A stretch of 64,000 nucleotides of DNA, taken from NCBI GenBank assembly GCA_963724295.1, contig CAVRUC010000013.1:416001-480000 (forward strand), given 5' to 3'. The position numbers and the translations under genes are program-made. Positions 27,757-38,042 of the stretch are shown here, one piece after another. How positions within the stretch are numbered: the stretch's first letter is position 1; every line of letters starts with the position of its first letter. The notes beneath the pieces were generated by a model. That model had not been told where the DNA came from, made no database searches, and saw only the letters and a program-made list of their open reading frames with translations. Source of the stretch: an uncultured Chloroflexia bacterium. Lineage in GTDB: Bacteria; Chloroflexota; Chloroflexia; Thermomicrobiales; UBA6265.

Positions 27757-27788
27757 CACGAGGGCCCGGAGTACTCCGGGCCCTCGTG
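27757..27788. terminator. Perfect 32-bp palindrome between convergent genes
   Basis: cacgagggcccggagt|actccgggccctcgtg. Confidence 0.75.
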
Positions 27789-27818
27789 CGTTATCCAACC
27801 TTTTCGGTTGAAGTGACG

Positions 27819-28043
27819 CTACTCCGACTCTTCGGGGACCACGTTGATGGCCCGCTGGCGGCCCGGATCGCGTGGGTCGGGGGTGACGTCAAAGCTGACG
27901 CGCTGCCCGACCTGCAGCATCTCAAAGCCGCGATCGGCGACCGCGGAGTGATGGAAAAAGAGCTCGCCGCTCCCCGAGTCGCCATCAGGCTCGATGAATC
28001 CGAAGCCGCGATCGCGGAGCGTCCTGATCGTACCGGTTGCCAT
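27819..28043 (-). CDS. Cold-shock domain protein
   Basis: MATGTI, RGFGFI (RNP1), LFFHHS (RNP2), GQRVSF, RAINV. Confidence 0.92.
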   Translation of the reverse strand: MATGTIRTLRDRGFGFIEPDGDSGSGELFFHHSAVADRGFEMLQVGQRVSFDVTPDPRDPGRQRAINVVPEESE

Positions 28044-28199
28044 CGTCTTGAACCTACCCTCTCTGCTGCGCTGCTTGCGCGACGCCACGGCGGCGTACGC
28101 GCATTGGCTGGGGCCCGGCCCCAGACCGTGGTTAGCTAGCCCCGGCGGGTTTCCACCCATGCCGGTTCATGCTCAAAAAGTGTTTCCCGGCCCCAGTCG

Positions 28200-28499
28200 C
28201 TACCGGTGACGGAAGGTGATGCGGCCGCGCGTGAGATCGTACGGCGACAGCTCGACCACGACTCGATCCCCCGGCAGTACGCGAATGTAGTGCTTTCGCA
28301 TCTTGCCGCCGAGGTGACCGAGGACCGAATGCCCGTTTTCCAACTCGACCGTGAACATGGCGTTCGGGAGCGCCTCCATTACCTTCCCATCCATGGTAAC
28401 GGCATTTGGATTCTCCCGGCGCACCCGTTCTTCCGTTGTGTCGGGTGTAACGAGCTTCACCGGGCGCGGCGGCTTCCGGTACTGGGGCTTCTTTGCCAA
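28200..28499 (-). CDS. infA: Translation initiation factor IF-1 with basic N-terminal extension
   Basis: [20 protein letters not shown]...[36 protein letters not shown] start after GGGAGGGAG. Confidence 0.93.
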   Translation of the reverse strand: MAKKPQYRKPPRPVKLVTPDTTEERVRRENPNAVTMDGKVMEALPNAMFTVELENGHSVLGHLGGKMRKHYIRVLPGDRVVVELSPYDLTRGRITFRHR

Positions 28500-28544
28500 T
28501 GCTCCCTCCCGCGCAATCGGCGCCTACCATCATCGTGCGGGCGG

Positions 28545-28958
28545 TCAGCTTGCCCGCTCGGCAGTCTCGGCGAGCGCTGCGTCGCGGCGAGATTCGACCT
28601 CGTGGCGCGTTACGCGCGCCAGCGGCATCTGGAGCGGTGGCCGGGGCTGCTGCAGAATCTGGCGAAGTTTCGCGCACTGGTCATCTGCCAGCCAGGCGTT
28701 CGCGTCTGCTTTGATGGTATCGAGGATTGCCGGTAGTTCCATCTGCGCGGATCCCCACCATCCCGCCCAGATCGCCGAACCGGAAACTGGGATCCCGCAC
28801 GAGCTGCACTCGAAGGCGGCGAGGCACCAGAATCGGGGCTGGCTTGGATCCCGCACCGGTGCGACGCGGAACAACCGCTGATCGTCGCCGACGCGGAGAA
28901 ATACGCCGAGCCCGCCGTTGCCCCGCAGCTCGATGACCTGAACGTGCTTCTCGTCCAT
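28545..28958 (-). CDS. Hypothetical protein
   Basis: 137-aa ORF with coding-like composition, co-oriented with infA. Confidence 0.65.
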   Translation of the reverse strand: MDEKHVQVIELRGNGGLGVFLRVGDDQRLFRVAPVRDPSQPRFWCLAAFECSSCGIPVSGSAIWAGWWGSAQMELPAILDTIKADANAWLADDQCAKLRQILQQPRPPLQMPLARVTRHEVESRRDAALAETAERAS

Positions 28959-29196
28959 CAGTGGGACCCGGTCGGGCGCACGACAGCCCGAGGGTACGGA
29001 TCAGCGTGGATCGATGAAGGGAGAGGCTGAGGACGAGCAGCTGCGCGCTCGGGAAGGGGCATCATCACCTCCGACTGCCCATGAGCCCGGGTGGCCATGA
29101 ACTCGCACGATGGTGGCGATGCCGCAAAGCGACTTCGATGCACGCACCTATCGTTCGATTACGCCCGAGGAAAATATCCTGAACGCGTGCAAGAGG

Positions 29197-29205
29197 ATCA
29201 TACCA
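29197..29205 (-). promoter_or_regulatory. Putative extended -10 promoter (TGGTATGAT) for the hypothetical-infA-csp run
   Basis: TGnTATGAT on the minus strand in an intergenic AT-richer patch. Confidence 0.4.
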
Positions 29206-29377
29206 TGAACGTTGGGTGATGGGTGATTGCTCCCTGCGGTCGCGGTGGTTGTTCGCTGCGCTCACGGTGGTAGGTTGAGGACTCGCTACGCTCGTGGTGG
29301 CAGGGTGTGCAGGGTGATGGAGACGTCGTTCTCCCTGCCACCCTGCCACCCCTGACCACCCCATCACCCGACACCCA

Positions 29378-30478
29378 TCACCCATCACCCCTCATCCTGA
29401 GGAACGCCAACGTCCAGCGCTCGTCGGCGTCCAGACCAGATTCAGCCACGTCGTCGCAATCGAAGTGGCAAAGCTCGCCGCTTTCATAGCCGAGGAGGAT
29501 GGCGGGGTGGATGTACGCGGCACGGCAGACGGCGCGCGTGTTGCGGAGGCTGGTGGCCACGGCGTCGACCGCGGCGACGATGTTCGCCTTCATCGCGGAC
29601 TGGCTCTCGAAAGGACCGCTCTCGCGCAACGACCGTGCCGCCAGGACCGTGCCCCCCCAGGTGCGGAAGTCTTTGGCGGTGAACGCCTCTCCGGCAATCT
29701 CCCGCAAGTAGTCGTTGACGTCCTCGGAGCCGATGGCGTGGGGCTCGCCGTCCGCGTCGAGGTACTGGAAGAGATGCTCACCGGGAAGGTCCTGCATCCG
29801 CGAGATGACGCGCGCCACGCGGCGGTCGCGGACGTCGATCTCATGCGTTTTGCCGCTCTTGCCGCGAAAGGTGAAATGCACAGTCGATCCCGAGACGTCG
29901 ACGTGATCGTTGCGAAGAGTCGTCAGCCCGTATGAGTCGTTCTCGCGGGCGTACTCCTCGTTGCCGACCCGGATCAGCGCCTTGTCGAGGAGACGCACCG
30001 CGATGGCGAGGGTCTTTTCGCGAGGAAGCCCCGGCAATCCGAGATCGGCCGCGACGCGCTCTCGAATGCGGGGTAGAGCCTCGCCGAAGGCGATCATGCG
30101 CGAGAACTTGGTCTCATCCCGGGTAGCGCGCCACGAGTCGTGATAGCGGTACTGCTTGCGGCCGCGGGCGTCGCGTCCGGTTGCCTGGATGTGCCCGCGC
30201 GGGTTCGGGTTGATCCAGACGTCGGTCCAGGCGGGCGGAATCACGAGGGCGCGGATGCGCTGGAGCTCCTTGGCGTCGCGAATGACGACGCCGTCCGGGT
30301 CGATGTAGCTCCAGCCCTTGCCGGCCCGGCGGCGGGTGATGCCGGGGCCGGCGGCGGGGGTGTAACGCAGCCCCGCCGCCCGCGCCGCGGCGACCGGATC
30401 GTCAAGGGTCTGGATTACGGGCGCGGGGAGGAGGGTCAGACCGGGTACCTCGATCTCGCGTTCAAGGACGCGGACCAC
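29378..30478 (-). CDS. DNA topoisomerase IB (bacterial/poxvirus-like); start uncertain
   Basis: IPPAWTDVWI, GHIQATGRDARGRKQYRY, IRVGNEEY, SYGLTTLR, FRGKSGK, FTAKDFRTW, NTRAVCRAAYIHP. Confidence 0.92.
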   Translation of the reverse strand: MVRVLEREIEVPGLTLLPAPVIQTLDDPVAAARAAGLRYTPAAGPGITRRRAGKGWSYIDPDGVVIRDAKELQRIRALVIPPAWTDVWINPNPRGHIQATGRDARGRKQYRYHDSWRATRDETKFSRMIAFGEALPRIRERVAADLGLPGLPREKTLAIAVRLLDKALIRVGNEEYARENDSYGLTTLRNDHVDVSGSTVHFTFRGKSGKTHEIDVRDRRVARVISRMQDLPGEHLFQYLDADGEPHAIGSEDVNDYLREIAGEAFTAKDFRTWGGTVLAARSLRESGPFESQSAMKANIVAAVDAVATSLRNTRAVCRAAYIHPAILLGYESGELCHFDCDDVAESGLDADERWTLAFLRMRGDG

Positions 30479-31152
30479 TGGCGCGCGATACCCGTGTCCG
30501 TTGCCATGGCCTACGCGGACTGCCGGGAGCTCGAGCTCGACGTGACACTCTCGTCGTTCAACGACGAGAGCATATGCGACGTGACGACCGCCTCCGCAAG
30601 CTGGTCGATCGGTTGCCGAGCCGGCTCGTGATCTGGTCCAGTCAGCTGCAGGAGGTTCGCGTGGTCGTGAGCGACCCACGTCGCGGGCATCCGCACGGGG
30701 AGCGGCCAGGCTGGCGCACTGGTCAGCAGTACGTCTTCCGCCTCGATTTCCTCGGCGCCGACAGGCAGCACGCTCTCCTGCGCTGGCAGCTCGTCGGAGA
30801 CAGCCGCCACCAGCTCGTCGGCGCGGCGTCCGCGGCGACGAGCTCCGGCACGGTTATCGAACCAGGGCCCGCGTGACCGCCAGGGCCGTGACCTCATGTA
30901 TCTCATCTGCTCCGTCCCGAACCGGGGCATGCGGGGCTTGGCGCCGTTCCGTGCAAGAATCATGCCAGCCAGGCACAGCACCGTGATCATCCCCTTCCGG
31001 GAGGACGCTTCAGGGCTAGCGAGGTGCTGGATGCCGCGGTCCGTCATATCCCTCGGCGCCACGACCGCGGTCAGCGCGATAGGATTGCCGCTTCTGGACG
31101 TGGGCATCCAGCATTCGGATCGTGCTCGCGCATCGTCGAGAGGAGAAAGATC

Positions 31153-31794
31153 GTGTCTTGTGAAGACCACTGTTCCATTCCCGCGCTGAGCGGGGCTCAA
31201 TCGCGTCGCGCCGCCCTCCATACCGGGGGCGCGCTCTTGGCCGCGATAGGCGCGCTGGCGGTGCATCTGCAGCCGAGCGCTGCCGCCCAGGCCACCCCGG
31301 TTTCCGCAGCGCGGGCAGGCGGTCCGCTCCTGGTACAGAGTTTCAGCCACGGCAGTCTCTTCCCGACTCAGGGCGACGCGGGTGGCGCGCCGTACACCCT
31401 CTACCTGTGGGATGCCGCCGATCGGGGATTCTTCTTCGCCGACTGTACGGGAGGCGTTGCCGGAGTCGTTCCCAGCGAACAGGTGCTGGCGGGCATCGGC
31501 GCCGGCGCCCCGGTCCGAGCGGTGCTGGTGGGGACGTCCGCGGAGGAGAGCGATGCCGCCATGCCGGCTCGAGGCGTCTGGGCACTGAGTCTCGTCTACG
31601 GAGGCCTCGGCTCCGACCCTGGTGCCGTCACCTACCAGGGTGAACCGCTGGCCAGCGAAGACGCCACGTCCTGGCTCGGGACCGCGCCAGCCGCCATGCC
31701 CGAGGGTCCACAGGAGCTTGGTCAAGGGTTCCTCATCATCAGCGGGGTGTCCGGTTTCGAAGACAGCGGCGGCGTGCGGCTGAATCTGGAATAG
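31153..31794 (+). CDS. Secreted hypothetical protein (Tat-like leader, QATP)
   Basis: SRRAAL + hydrophobic stretch + AAAQATP; LLVQSF motif. Confidence 0.6.
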   Translation: MSCEDHCSIPALSGAQSRRAALHTGGALLAAIGALAVHLQPSAAAQATPVSAARAGGPLLVQSFSHGSLFPTQGDAGGAPYTLYLWDAADRGFFFADCTGGVAGVVPSEQVLAGIGAGAPVRAVLVGTSAEESDAAMPARGVWALSLVYGGLGSDPGAVTYQGEPLASEDATSWLGTAPAAMPEGPQELGQGFLIISGVSGFEDSGGVRLNLE

Positions 31795-32123
31795 CCTGCC
31801 AACCGGGACAACGGCTTCTTATCCCTGTGACCGGGTGAGCTCGACGTGTGTCGTGGTATTCCCACGCAGCCGGTGGCCGAGCGGAACGAGCAGGCCATGC
31901 AGAAACGAGGCGTCCGCCTCGCTTACCTATCTATTAAGGAGACGATCGGTCCGGGCCATACGTGACATTTGGCGGTGAGGACGCGGCCCTCGTGCAACCG
32001 GGAAGGAGGCATGCCGGCGGTCCTTGTCGTGGTCCGCTGCCCCGGTGAAGATGCCGGGCACGAGATTCGGGACGGACGAAAGGCGCGAGCCGCGGGCGAG
32101 AACGGAAAGGACCAGGACACGCA

Positions 32124-32954
32124 ATGGGGACCTCGGTCGACAAGACGCAAGAGTACCGGTACAACCGGCTGACCTGGGCCGAGATGAACGACGCCATCGC
32201 CCGGCAGCCGGTGGTCATCCTGCCGACTGGCTCGACGGAGCAGCATGGCCGGCACTTGCCGATCGACGTCGATCTCCTCCTCTGCGAGTCGGTCTGCCTG
32301 GAGGCGGGGCGGCGTGCCGCGGGCGGCATCCTGGTCCTGCCGCCAATCCCGTACGGGCTGAACCAGCACCACATCGACTTCCCCGGGACGATTCACATCG
32401 AGCCGGAGGTCTTCATCGCCTTTTGCCTCAATGTGACCAAGAGTGTCGCCTACCACGGGTTCGAAAAGATCCTCATCGTCAACGGCCACGGCTCGAACGC
32501 GCCGCTGATCGACATCATCGCCCGCCGCACCACACTCGAGACCGATTCGCTCTGCGCCGCCTGCCACTACATCAATCTCGCGGTCGAGAAGTTCCGCGAG
32601 ATCATGGAGTCGAAGGTCATCGCCCACGCCGACGAGTTCGAGACCTCGCTCTATCTCCACCTCGCGCCGGAGCGGGTGCAGATGGAGCTTGCCGGCGCGG
32701 GCGACGACGTGATGGGCGACTATGTCTCCTCCGATAGTACGACCCCCTATGTCCGCTTCAACGACTACTGGTCACGCTGGACCGATCTTGGCGTGCATGG
32801 CGATGCCCGTCCGGCGACGGCCGAGAAGGGGGAGATCATCTTCGAAACGGCGGTCAGCCGTCTGGTGGAGCTGGCCGAGGAATGGCGGAACTGGCCGCTC
32901 GCGGCGCGCCGCGACTTCCACGAGCGGCCGGCCCAGACGCACATCCGCTGGTAA
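32124..32954 (+). CDS. Creatininase/creatinine amidohydrolase family
   Basis: GSTEQHGRHLPIDVD, HHIDFPGT, NGHGSN, HADEFETS, ATAEKG. Confidence 0.92.
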   Translation: MGTSVDKTQEYRYNRLTWAEMNDAIARQPVVILPTGSTEQHGRHLPIDVDLLLCESVCLEAGRRAAGGILVLPPIPYGLNQHHIDFPGTIHIEPEVFIAFCLNVTKSVAYHGFEKILIVNGHGSNAPLIDIIARRTTLETDSLCAACHYINLAVEKFREIMESKVIAHADEFETSLYLHLAPERVQMELAGAGDDVMGDYVSSDSTTPYVRFNDYWSRWTDLGVHGDARPATAEKGEIIFETAVSRLVELAEEWRNWPLAARRDFHERPAQTHIRW

Positions 32955-32957
32955 CCG

Positions 32958-33088
32958 AGGGTCACAGGGTGATAGGGTGATAGGGTGATAGGGGAGAGGT
33001 CACCTCGTTCTCCCTTTCACCCAGTCCCCAGTCACCTGGGGTCCCCTTCACCACGAGCGTAGCGAGTAATCACCCTATCACCCATCAC
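32958..33088. repeat. Inverted GGTGATAG 8-mer arrays between convergent genes
   Basis: agggtgatagggtgatagggtgatag ... atcaccctatcacccatcacc. Confidence 0.75.
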
Positions 33089-33930
33089 CGCGCCTCGTGC
33101 TTCCCGCCGCGCTCGGCGAGATCGAGCTCCTGGGTGGGATCCTGACTGAGGTCGGCCTGGAGGAACGCGGCCGTCTCCGGCATCGCGATGCGGACGTCGG
33201 CCAGATCCTGCATCTGCGCCCGCAGGCTCTCTCCCCGGCAGTCCAGGACGTGCCCGCCGCTGGTGCGATCGTCGGTCACGAAGTGGAAGTGCCACCCGGC
33301 AACATTGATGGTTCGCGCATAGAGCGGCGTCCAGAACCCGACGGCGGTGCCGCTAACATCGGTGAGCGCGAACTCCGGCTGATGGGCGGTCGCATCGACG
33401 AGCGACACGCCGCTCGCCGTCTTGCAGAGGGCGCGAGTCCTGATCTGCGCGAAGTGCCCGTCGATGCGCACGGCGAAAAACAGGTTCCCGGTATCCCGCC
33501 TGCGGTCGAGCTGGGCGCTCAGGTCGTCGAACGAATCGACGCGGTCGATGGTGAACTCGCGCTCCGCGCGGAATTCCGTGACCACGGCGAACGGCACCCT
33601 GGCGTCATCGCCGGCATCGCGCACGCTTCCGTCGCCGAGCACCTGATAGAAGTGGCGATCGAGCGCCAGCATCTCTCCGTCGAGCCCGTCGAATGTGCCA
33701 AGCCCGAAGCCGCCGTGCTGCTTCAGCTCGCCAATCGTGACCACACCTCCGTAGACGCCTTCCACCAGCGCGGTCGACGTGGAGACCTGAAACAACGTCG
33801 CATGGTCGATCTCCAGGGTGTCGGCCAGGGAGGACATCACGATGTGCGCTACCGGCTCACCGGTTTGACGGCTGCGCGCCTGCAAGGCCTGCATCAATGT
33901 CTCGGAGATGTCACAGGTGAGTCTGGGCAC
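33085..33930 (-). CDS. budA: Alpha-acetolactate decarboxylase with N-terminal ribbon-helix-helix-like extension
   Basis: LFQVSTSTAL, HG.FGLGTFDGLDGEM, GWHFHF...SGGHV Zn ligands. Confidence 0.88.
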   Translation of the reverse strand: MPRLTCDISETLMQALQARSRQTGEPVAHIVMSSLADTLEIDHATLFQVSTSTALVEGVYGGVVTIGELKQHGGFGLGTFDGLDGEMLALDRHFYQVLGDGSVRDAGDDARVPFAVVTEFRAEREFTIDRVDSFDDLSAQLDRRRDTGNLFFAVRIDGHFAQIRTRALCKTASGVSLVDATAHQPEFALTDVSGTAVGFWTPLYARTINVAGWHFHFVTDDRTSGGHVLDCRGESLRAQMQDLADVRIAMPETAAFLQADLSQDPTQELDLAERGGKHEAR

Positions 33931-34040
33931 AGTGGGTCAGCTCCTGTCATCCAAACCTGAACACGCCGTTCGCCGGCGAATACGGTAAACGAAACGTCAC
34001 CGGCCTCGGGACTGACAGGAGGGACTGGGGTACAACAGAA

Positions 34041-34092
34041 CGAGGAATCTCGACTATTCCGCACCATGGTGCGGCGTTGTCGAGATTCCTCG
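34041..34092. repeat. GAGGAATCTC-type REP hairpin
   Basis: cgaggaatctcgac...gtcgagattcctcg; related to 39920-40004 and 48495-48683. Confidence 0.7.
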
Positions 34093-34126
34093 CCAGCGGA
34101 CGGAGTGAGCCGACCGCCGATCGGCG

Positions 34127-34945
34127 CTAGGGCGTCGGAGTGGCGCCGGTCTCCTCAGGAGTCGCCATCGCCTCTGGCGTCGCCATCGTCATGGGCGTCG
34201 CCATTATGGGCGTGGCCATGGTCATCGGCGTGGCCATCGGGGTCGCGGCCTGCATCGCCGCCATGTCAATCGTCGGCTCGGCAACGACACCGCAGGCATA
34301 ACGCGGGCCGCTGTTGCCGTCCGGCTGGGTCGTCAGGTCGTCAGTACCTTCGTGGACGAGAATCGAGGTGCCGTCTTCGTCGAAGACCGAGTTGACACCG
34401 GCTTCAAATGTGAAGTCAGTCGTGGTGAACTCGACGTCGGCGAAACCGTCCGCCGAGGCCACGAGGTTGCCGAAGTCGCCGACGTGATGCTCGTCGGCAT
34501 CGGGGCCGCCGTGCGGCTGAACGGTCGGGTTCCAGTGCTCTCCCGCCGAGCTGAACGGCTCGGCGCCACCCGGCTCACAGACGCCGAACTCGTGGAGGTG
34601 CCAGCCGTGCTCGCCCGGGCTGAGTCCCTCTACGAGGAGGTGCACCGTCACTCCTTCGTCATTTTCGGTGAACGTCGCCAGACCGACGGCGTCACCGTTG
34701 GCGTCGATCAGCGGCACGTCGAGCGCCACCGCTGCCGGCGTCGCGATTGGAGTCGCTTGCTGGGCGGCCATCGGCGTGGCCGCCTGCGCGGCCGCCATCG
34801 GGGTTGCGATTTCCGGTGTGGCCATGGGCGTGCTGTCCTGGGCGCTCGCGTCGAGCGAAGCCGGTAGGGTCAGACCTGCCCAGAGGAGAGCGGCGACGGC
34901 GAATCGCCCGGCGATCGAGTAGGTGCGGGTCGAGTGCAACTTCAT
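34127..34945 (-). CDS. sodC: Cu/Zn superoxide dismutase, secreted, with ATPM repeats
   Basis: HGWHLHEFGVC, AGEHWNP, HVGDFGNL, LVHEGTDD, GNSGPRYACG. Confidence 0.9.
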   Translation of the reverse strand: MKLHSTRTYSIAGRFAVAALLWAGLTLPASLDASAQDSTPMATPEIATPMAAAQAATPMAAQQATPIATPAAVALDVPLIDANGDAVGLATFTENDEGVTVHLLVEGLSPGEHGWHLHEFGVCEPGGAEPFSSAGEHWNPTVQPHGGPDADEHHVGDFGNLVASADGFADVEFTTTDFTFEAGVNSVFDEDGTSILVHEGTDDLTTQPDGNSGPRYACGVVAEPTIDMAAMQAATPMATPMTMATPIMATPMTMATPEAMATPEETGATPTP

Positions 34946-35257
34946 CAGAATCCCCTTCCAAGACGCGGCAATGCAACCGTTCGTTGATGATTCCCTGGCT
35001 CTTCGCGGTCGCGCTCCGGAACAGCGATGTCCATTTCCCGCCGGCGCGACGCAGGCGCGCAGCCGCATTTGCAAGAGCGGTGCCAAGTGGTCAAATGAGC
35101 TACGAGAAGCGAGCGACTGCTCTGAACGCGAGAGGAGGAGCGATCTGCACGGATACGCTAGCGGTGTAACGCTCCGCCGTGCCAGCGCAACCAAACCTCC
35201 GCGGGGATGAGATGATGGTCCGCGCGTGCCGTCCTACGCGCTCCGTGGAGATGACCT

Positions 35258-36314
35258 GTGAACGTGCCCTTGATCGCCGCCCTGCGGCCCGTCGTGCTCT
35301 TGCTGCTCCTCGCCGGCTTCCTCATTCCGCCTGGGTCATCGCTGGCGGCGGCGCAGGTGCCGGCAGCGACCTGGGCCGCCATCGACTCGCCGGGCCCGGC
35401 CGCGCGCTGGGACCACACCCTTTCCGCCGACCCGGCCACCGGGAGCCTGTTCCTCTTCGGCGGTCGCGATGCAGCGGGCGCGCCACTCGGCGACTCATGG
35501 CTCTATTCCGCCGCGAATGACTCCTGGACACCCCTGGAGGGACCTGCTCCGTCAGCCCGCTTCGGGCACGCCGTCGCGATCGACGCCGCGAATCGCGCGC
35601 TCTACCTCTTCGGCGGTCAGGCTGACGGCGACACCTTTTTCAATGACACGTGGCGATTCGATCTCGATGCTCGCTCCTGGTCGGAAGTTGCCACCGGCGA
35701 TCCGCGACCTTCGCCGCGCTACGGCACCTCGGCGGTGCTCGACGGCCAGGGCAACCTGCTCGTCTCACACGGGTTCACGTTCGAGGGTCGCTTCGACGAC
35801 ACCTGGTCGCTCGATCCAGAGAGCGGAATCTGGACGGACATTTCGCCCGCGCCCGAGACCCGACCGCTGAAGCGCTGTCTCCACGAAGCGGTCTGGGACG
35901 CCGACCAACAGCGGATGCTCCTCTACGGTGGCTGCTCCTCGGGGTTCGGTCCCTGTCCCCAGGGCGACTTGTGGGCGTTTGACCCCGCGACGCGAACCTG
36001 GACCGATCTCACGCCGCCGGCGAGCCCCGCCGCGCGCTCCAACCCGGCCCTGGTGCGCGACGAGGCCAGTGGCGCGATCCGACTGATCGACGGGCTCACC
36101 GACGCCGGGTACACCGCCGATCTGTGGGCGCTCGATCTTACCGGCGAGGCGCCTGCCTGGGTCGAGACCGCGCAGGGGAGTCTCGTGCCGGAGCCGCGTG
36201 CCAGTCACGACGCCGCGATCCTCGACGGCGATCTCTATCTCTTCGGCGGCAATGGCAATACCGGGGCCACTTGCCGACTTCTGGGTAGTCAACGCACTGG
36301 GGCAAGAGTCATGA
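35258..36314 (+). CDS. Secreted Kelch-repeat beta-propeller protein (frameshift near 36263-36266)
   Basis: Repeated P.AR..H...LFGG...D.W units. Removing one G of ccggggcc gives GPLADFWVVNALGQES* ending in an ATGA overlap with the next gene. Confidence 0.8.
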
Positions 36315-37949
36315 CACACTCCGCAGAGACACCGAATATCCCGTCCCGAAGACGCTGGTTAGCAATCGCCGCCACCGGGCTGCTCTCCGGGATCGTCGCC
36401 GCTCTGCTGATGATTCTGCTGATGGCCGGGGCACGCACCTGGCTCGGGATCTCACCACCGCCGGAGGCGCTGCCGGACCGTTTCGCCCCGACGATCCCCA
36501 TCCCGACCTTCTTTTCGCTTTTCGACCGCTTTGGCGGCTACAACGGCTTGAAGCGCTTCGGCATCAGCTCCGGCCTGGCGGGCCTCCTCAGCGTGGGCGC
36601 GGTGTTTGGCGTCATCTATGCCCTGATCGCCGAGAGCCGCCGCTCGCGAGAATCCGGTCGCTGGCAGGTGGGTCTCAGCCGGTTCGCCGTCGGTTTCATC
36701 ACCGTCGCCGCGCTGGTGCTGTGGGTCATCTCACTGGCGCTCCTCTGGCCAGTGCTGGATGCGAACTACCGCGGGGCGCCTCCGGGCCAGGCACGGCTGG
36801 CTAGTGCCGCCGCCCTGCTCATCGAGTATCTCGTTTTCGCCGCGGTAGTGATCTTCCTCTATCGCTGGCTCGCTCCTCGCGCCGTGGTCGATGCGCGGCC
36901 GGCGCCGGTGGGTGAGCCGGTGGCGCGGCGGGCTGTCGTCGCTGGAGCGGCCGGGCTGGCGCTGGCCGCGGGCTCCGGCGCGCTGATGCGCAATCTCAAC
37001 GAGCGCGCGACCTTCAGCTACGACGGTCTTGCCTACAGCGGTCCCGGGGTGGAGCCGATCGCTCCGAATGAGAAGTTCTACACGGTAACCAAGAACGTGG
37101 TCGATCCCAACGTCGACGTGGGGATCTGGCGGCTGGAGATTGGTGGGCTGGTCGAGGAGCCGAAGAGCTACACCTTCGAGGACCTGATGAGTCTGGCCAG
37201 CCTCGAGCAGGAGTCGACACTGATGTGCATCAGCAACCGTATCGGCGCGGGGCTGATGAGTAATGCCGTCTGGCAGGGCGTCCGCTTGGGTCATTTGCTG
37301 GAGGCGTCGCGTCCGTCTGACGGCGCGTTGGAAGTCTTCCTCAACGGAGCAGACGCCTACACCGACAGCTTCGCCTTCGACAAAGCGATGGACCCGACGA
37401 CCATCGTCGCCTTTGCCATGAACGGCCAGCCGTTGCCACAGCGCCACGGCTATCCAGCGCGCATCGTCGTACCGGGGCTCTACGGCGAAAAGAATGTCAA
37501 GTGGGTAACGCGCATCGAGGTTGTCGACTACGACGCCAAGGGGTTCTACGAGCAACAGGGATGGGGGCCGGACTTCGTCATTCCCACCCGTTCCGACATC
37601 TTCGGCCCGCGCTGGGTGCGTCGCCGTGACGATCGGTTCGTCGAGCCCTTCGCCGCCGGCCGTATGACCATCATTCGGGGTCGGGCCTTTGCCGGTGACC
37701 GCGGGATCCGCGGTGTCGAGTTCAGCGACGACGACGGCGAGACCTGGCGCCAAACGCGCGTCGACTATCCCGGCACCAACCTGACCTGGACCTTCTGGAG
37801 CGCCGACTGGCTGCCGGAGGAGCCGGGCGAGTACACCCTCGTCTCGCGGGCGACCGACGGCACTGGACACACCGCAGCCGAGCGAGTCACGCGGCATCGT
37901 GCCGCAGGGAGCCACCGGCTACCATCGCGTCGTGGCGACGGTTGTGTAG
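36311..37949 (+). CDS. Membrane-anchored sulfite-oxidase-family molybdopterin oxidoreductase (frameshift near 37869)
   Basis: N-terminal TMs, FYTVTK, TLMCISN, MNGQPLPQRHGYPAR, GEKNVKW, RATDG; the true C-terminus PQPSESRGIVPQGATGYHRVVATVV* lies in the +1 frame. Confidence 0.88.
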
Positions 37950-38004
37950 GATGCTGTCGAAGGGTGCGAGCATAGTGAAGGCTACGGGACGCGGGGAGTT
38001 CGGA

Positions 38005-38042
38005 CTCCTTCTCGACTTCTCGACTTCTCGACTTCTCGACTC
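38005..38042. repeat. TTCTCGAC x4 tandem repeat
   Basis: ccttctcgacttctcgacttctcgacttctcgactc directly before the ATG. Confidence 0.85.

Noticed and set aside
35258..37975. 905-aa Kelch-molybdoenzyme fusion in the ORF track
   Set aside because: Deleting one G at 36263-36266 completes the last Kelch blade (GPLADFW) and stops in an ATGA overlap with the next gene's own start, so two genes are more likely
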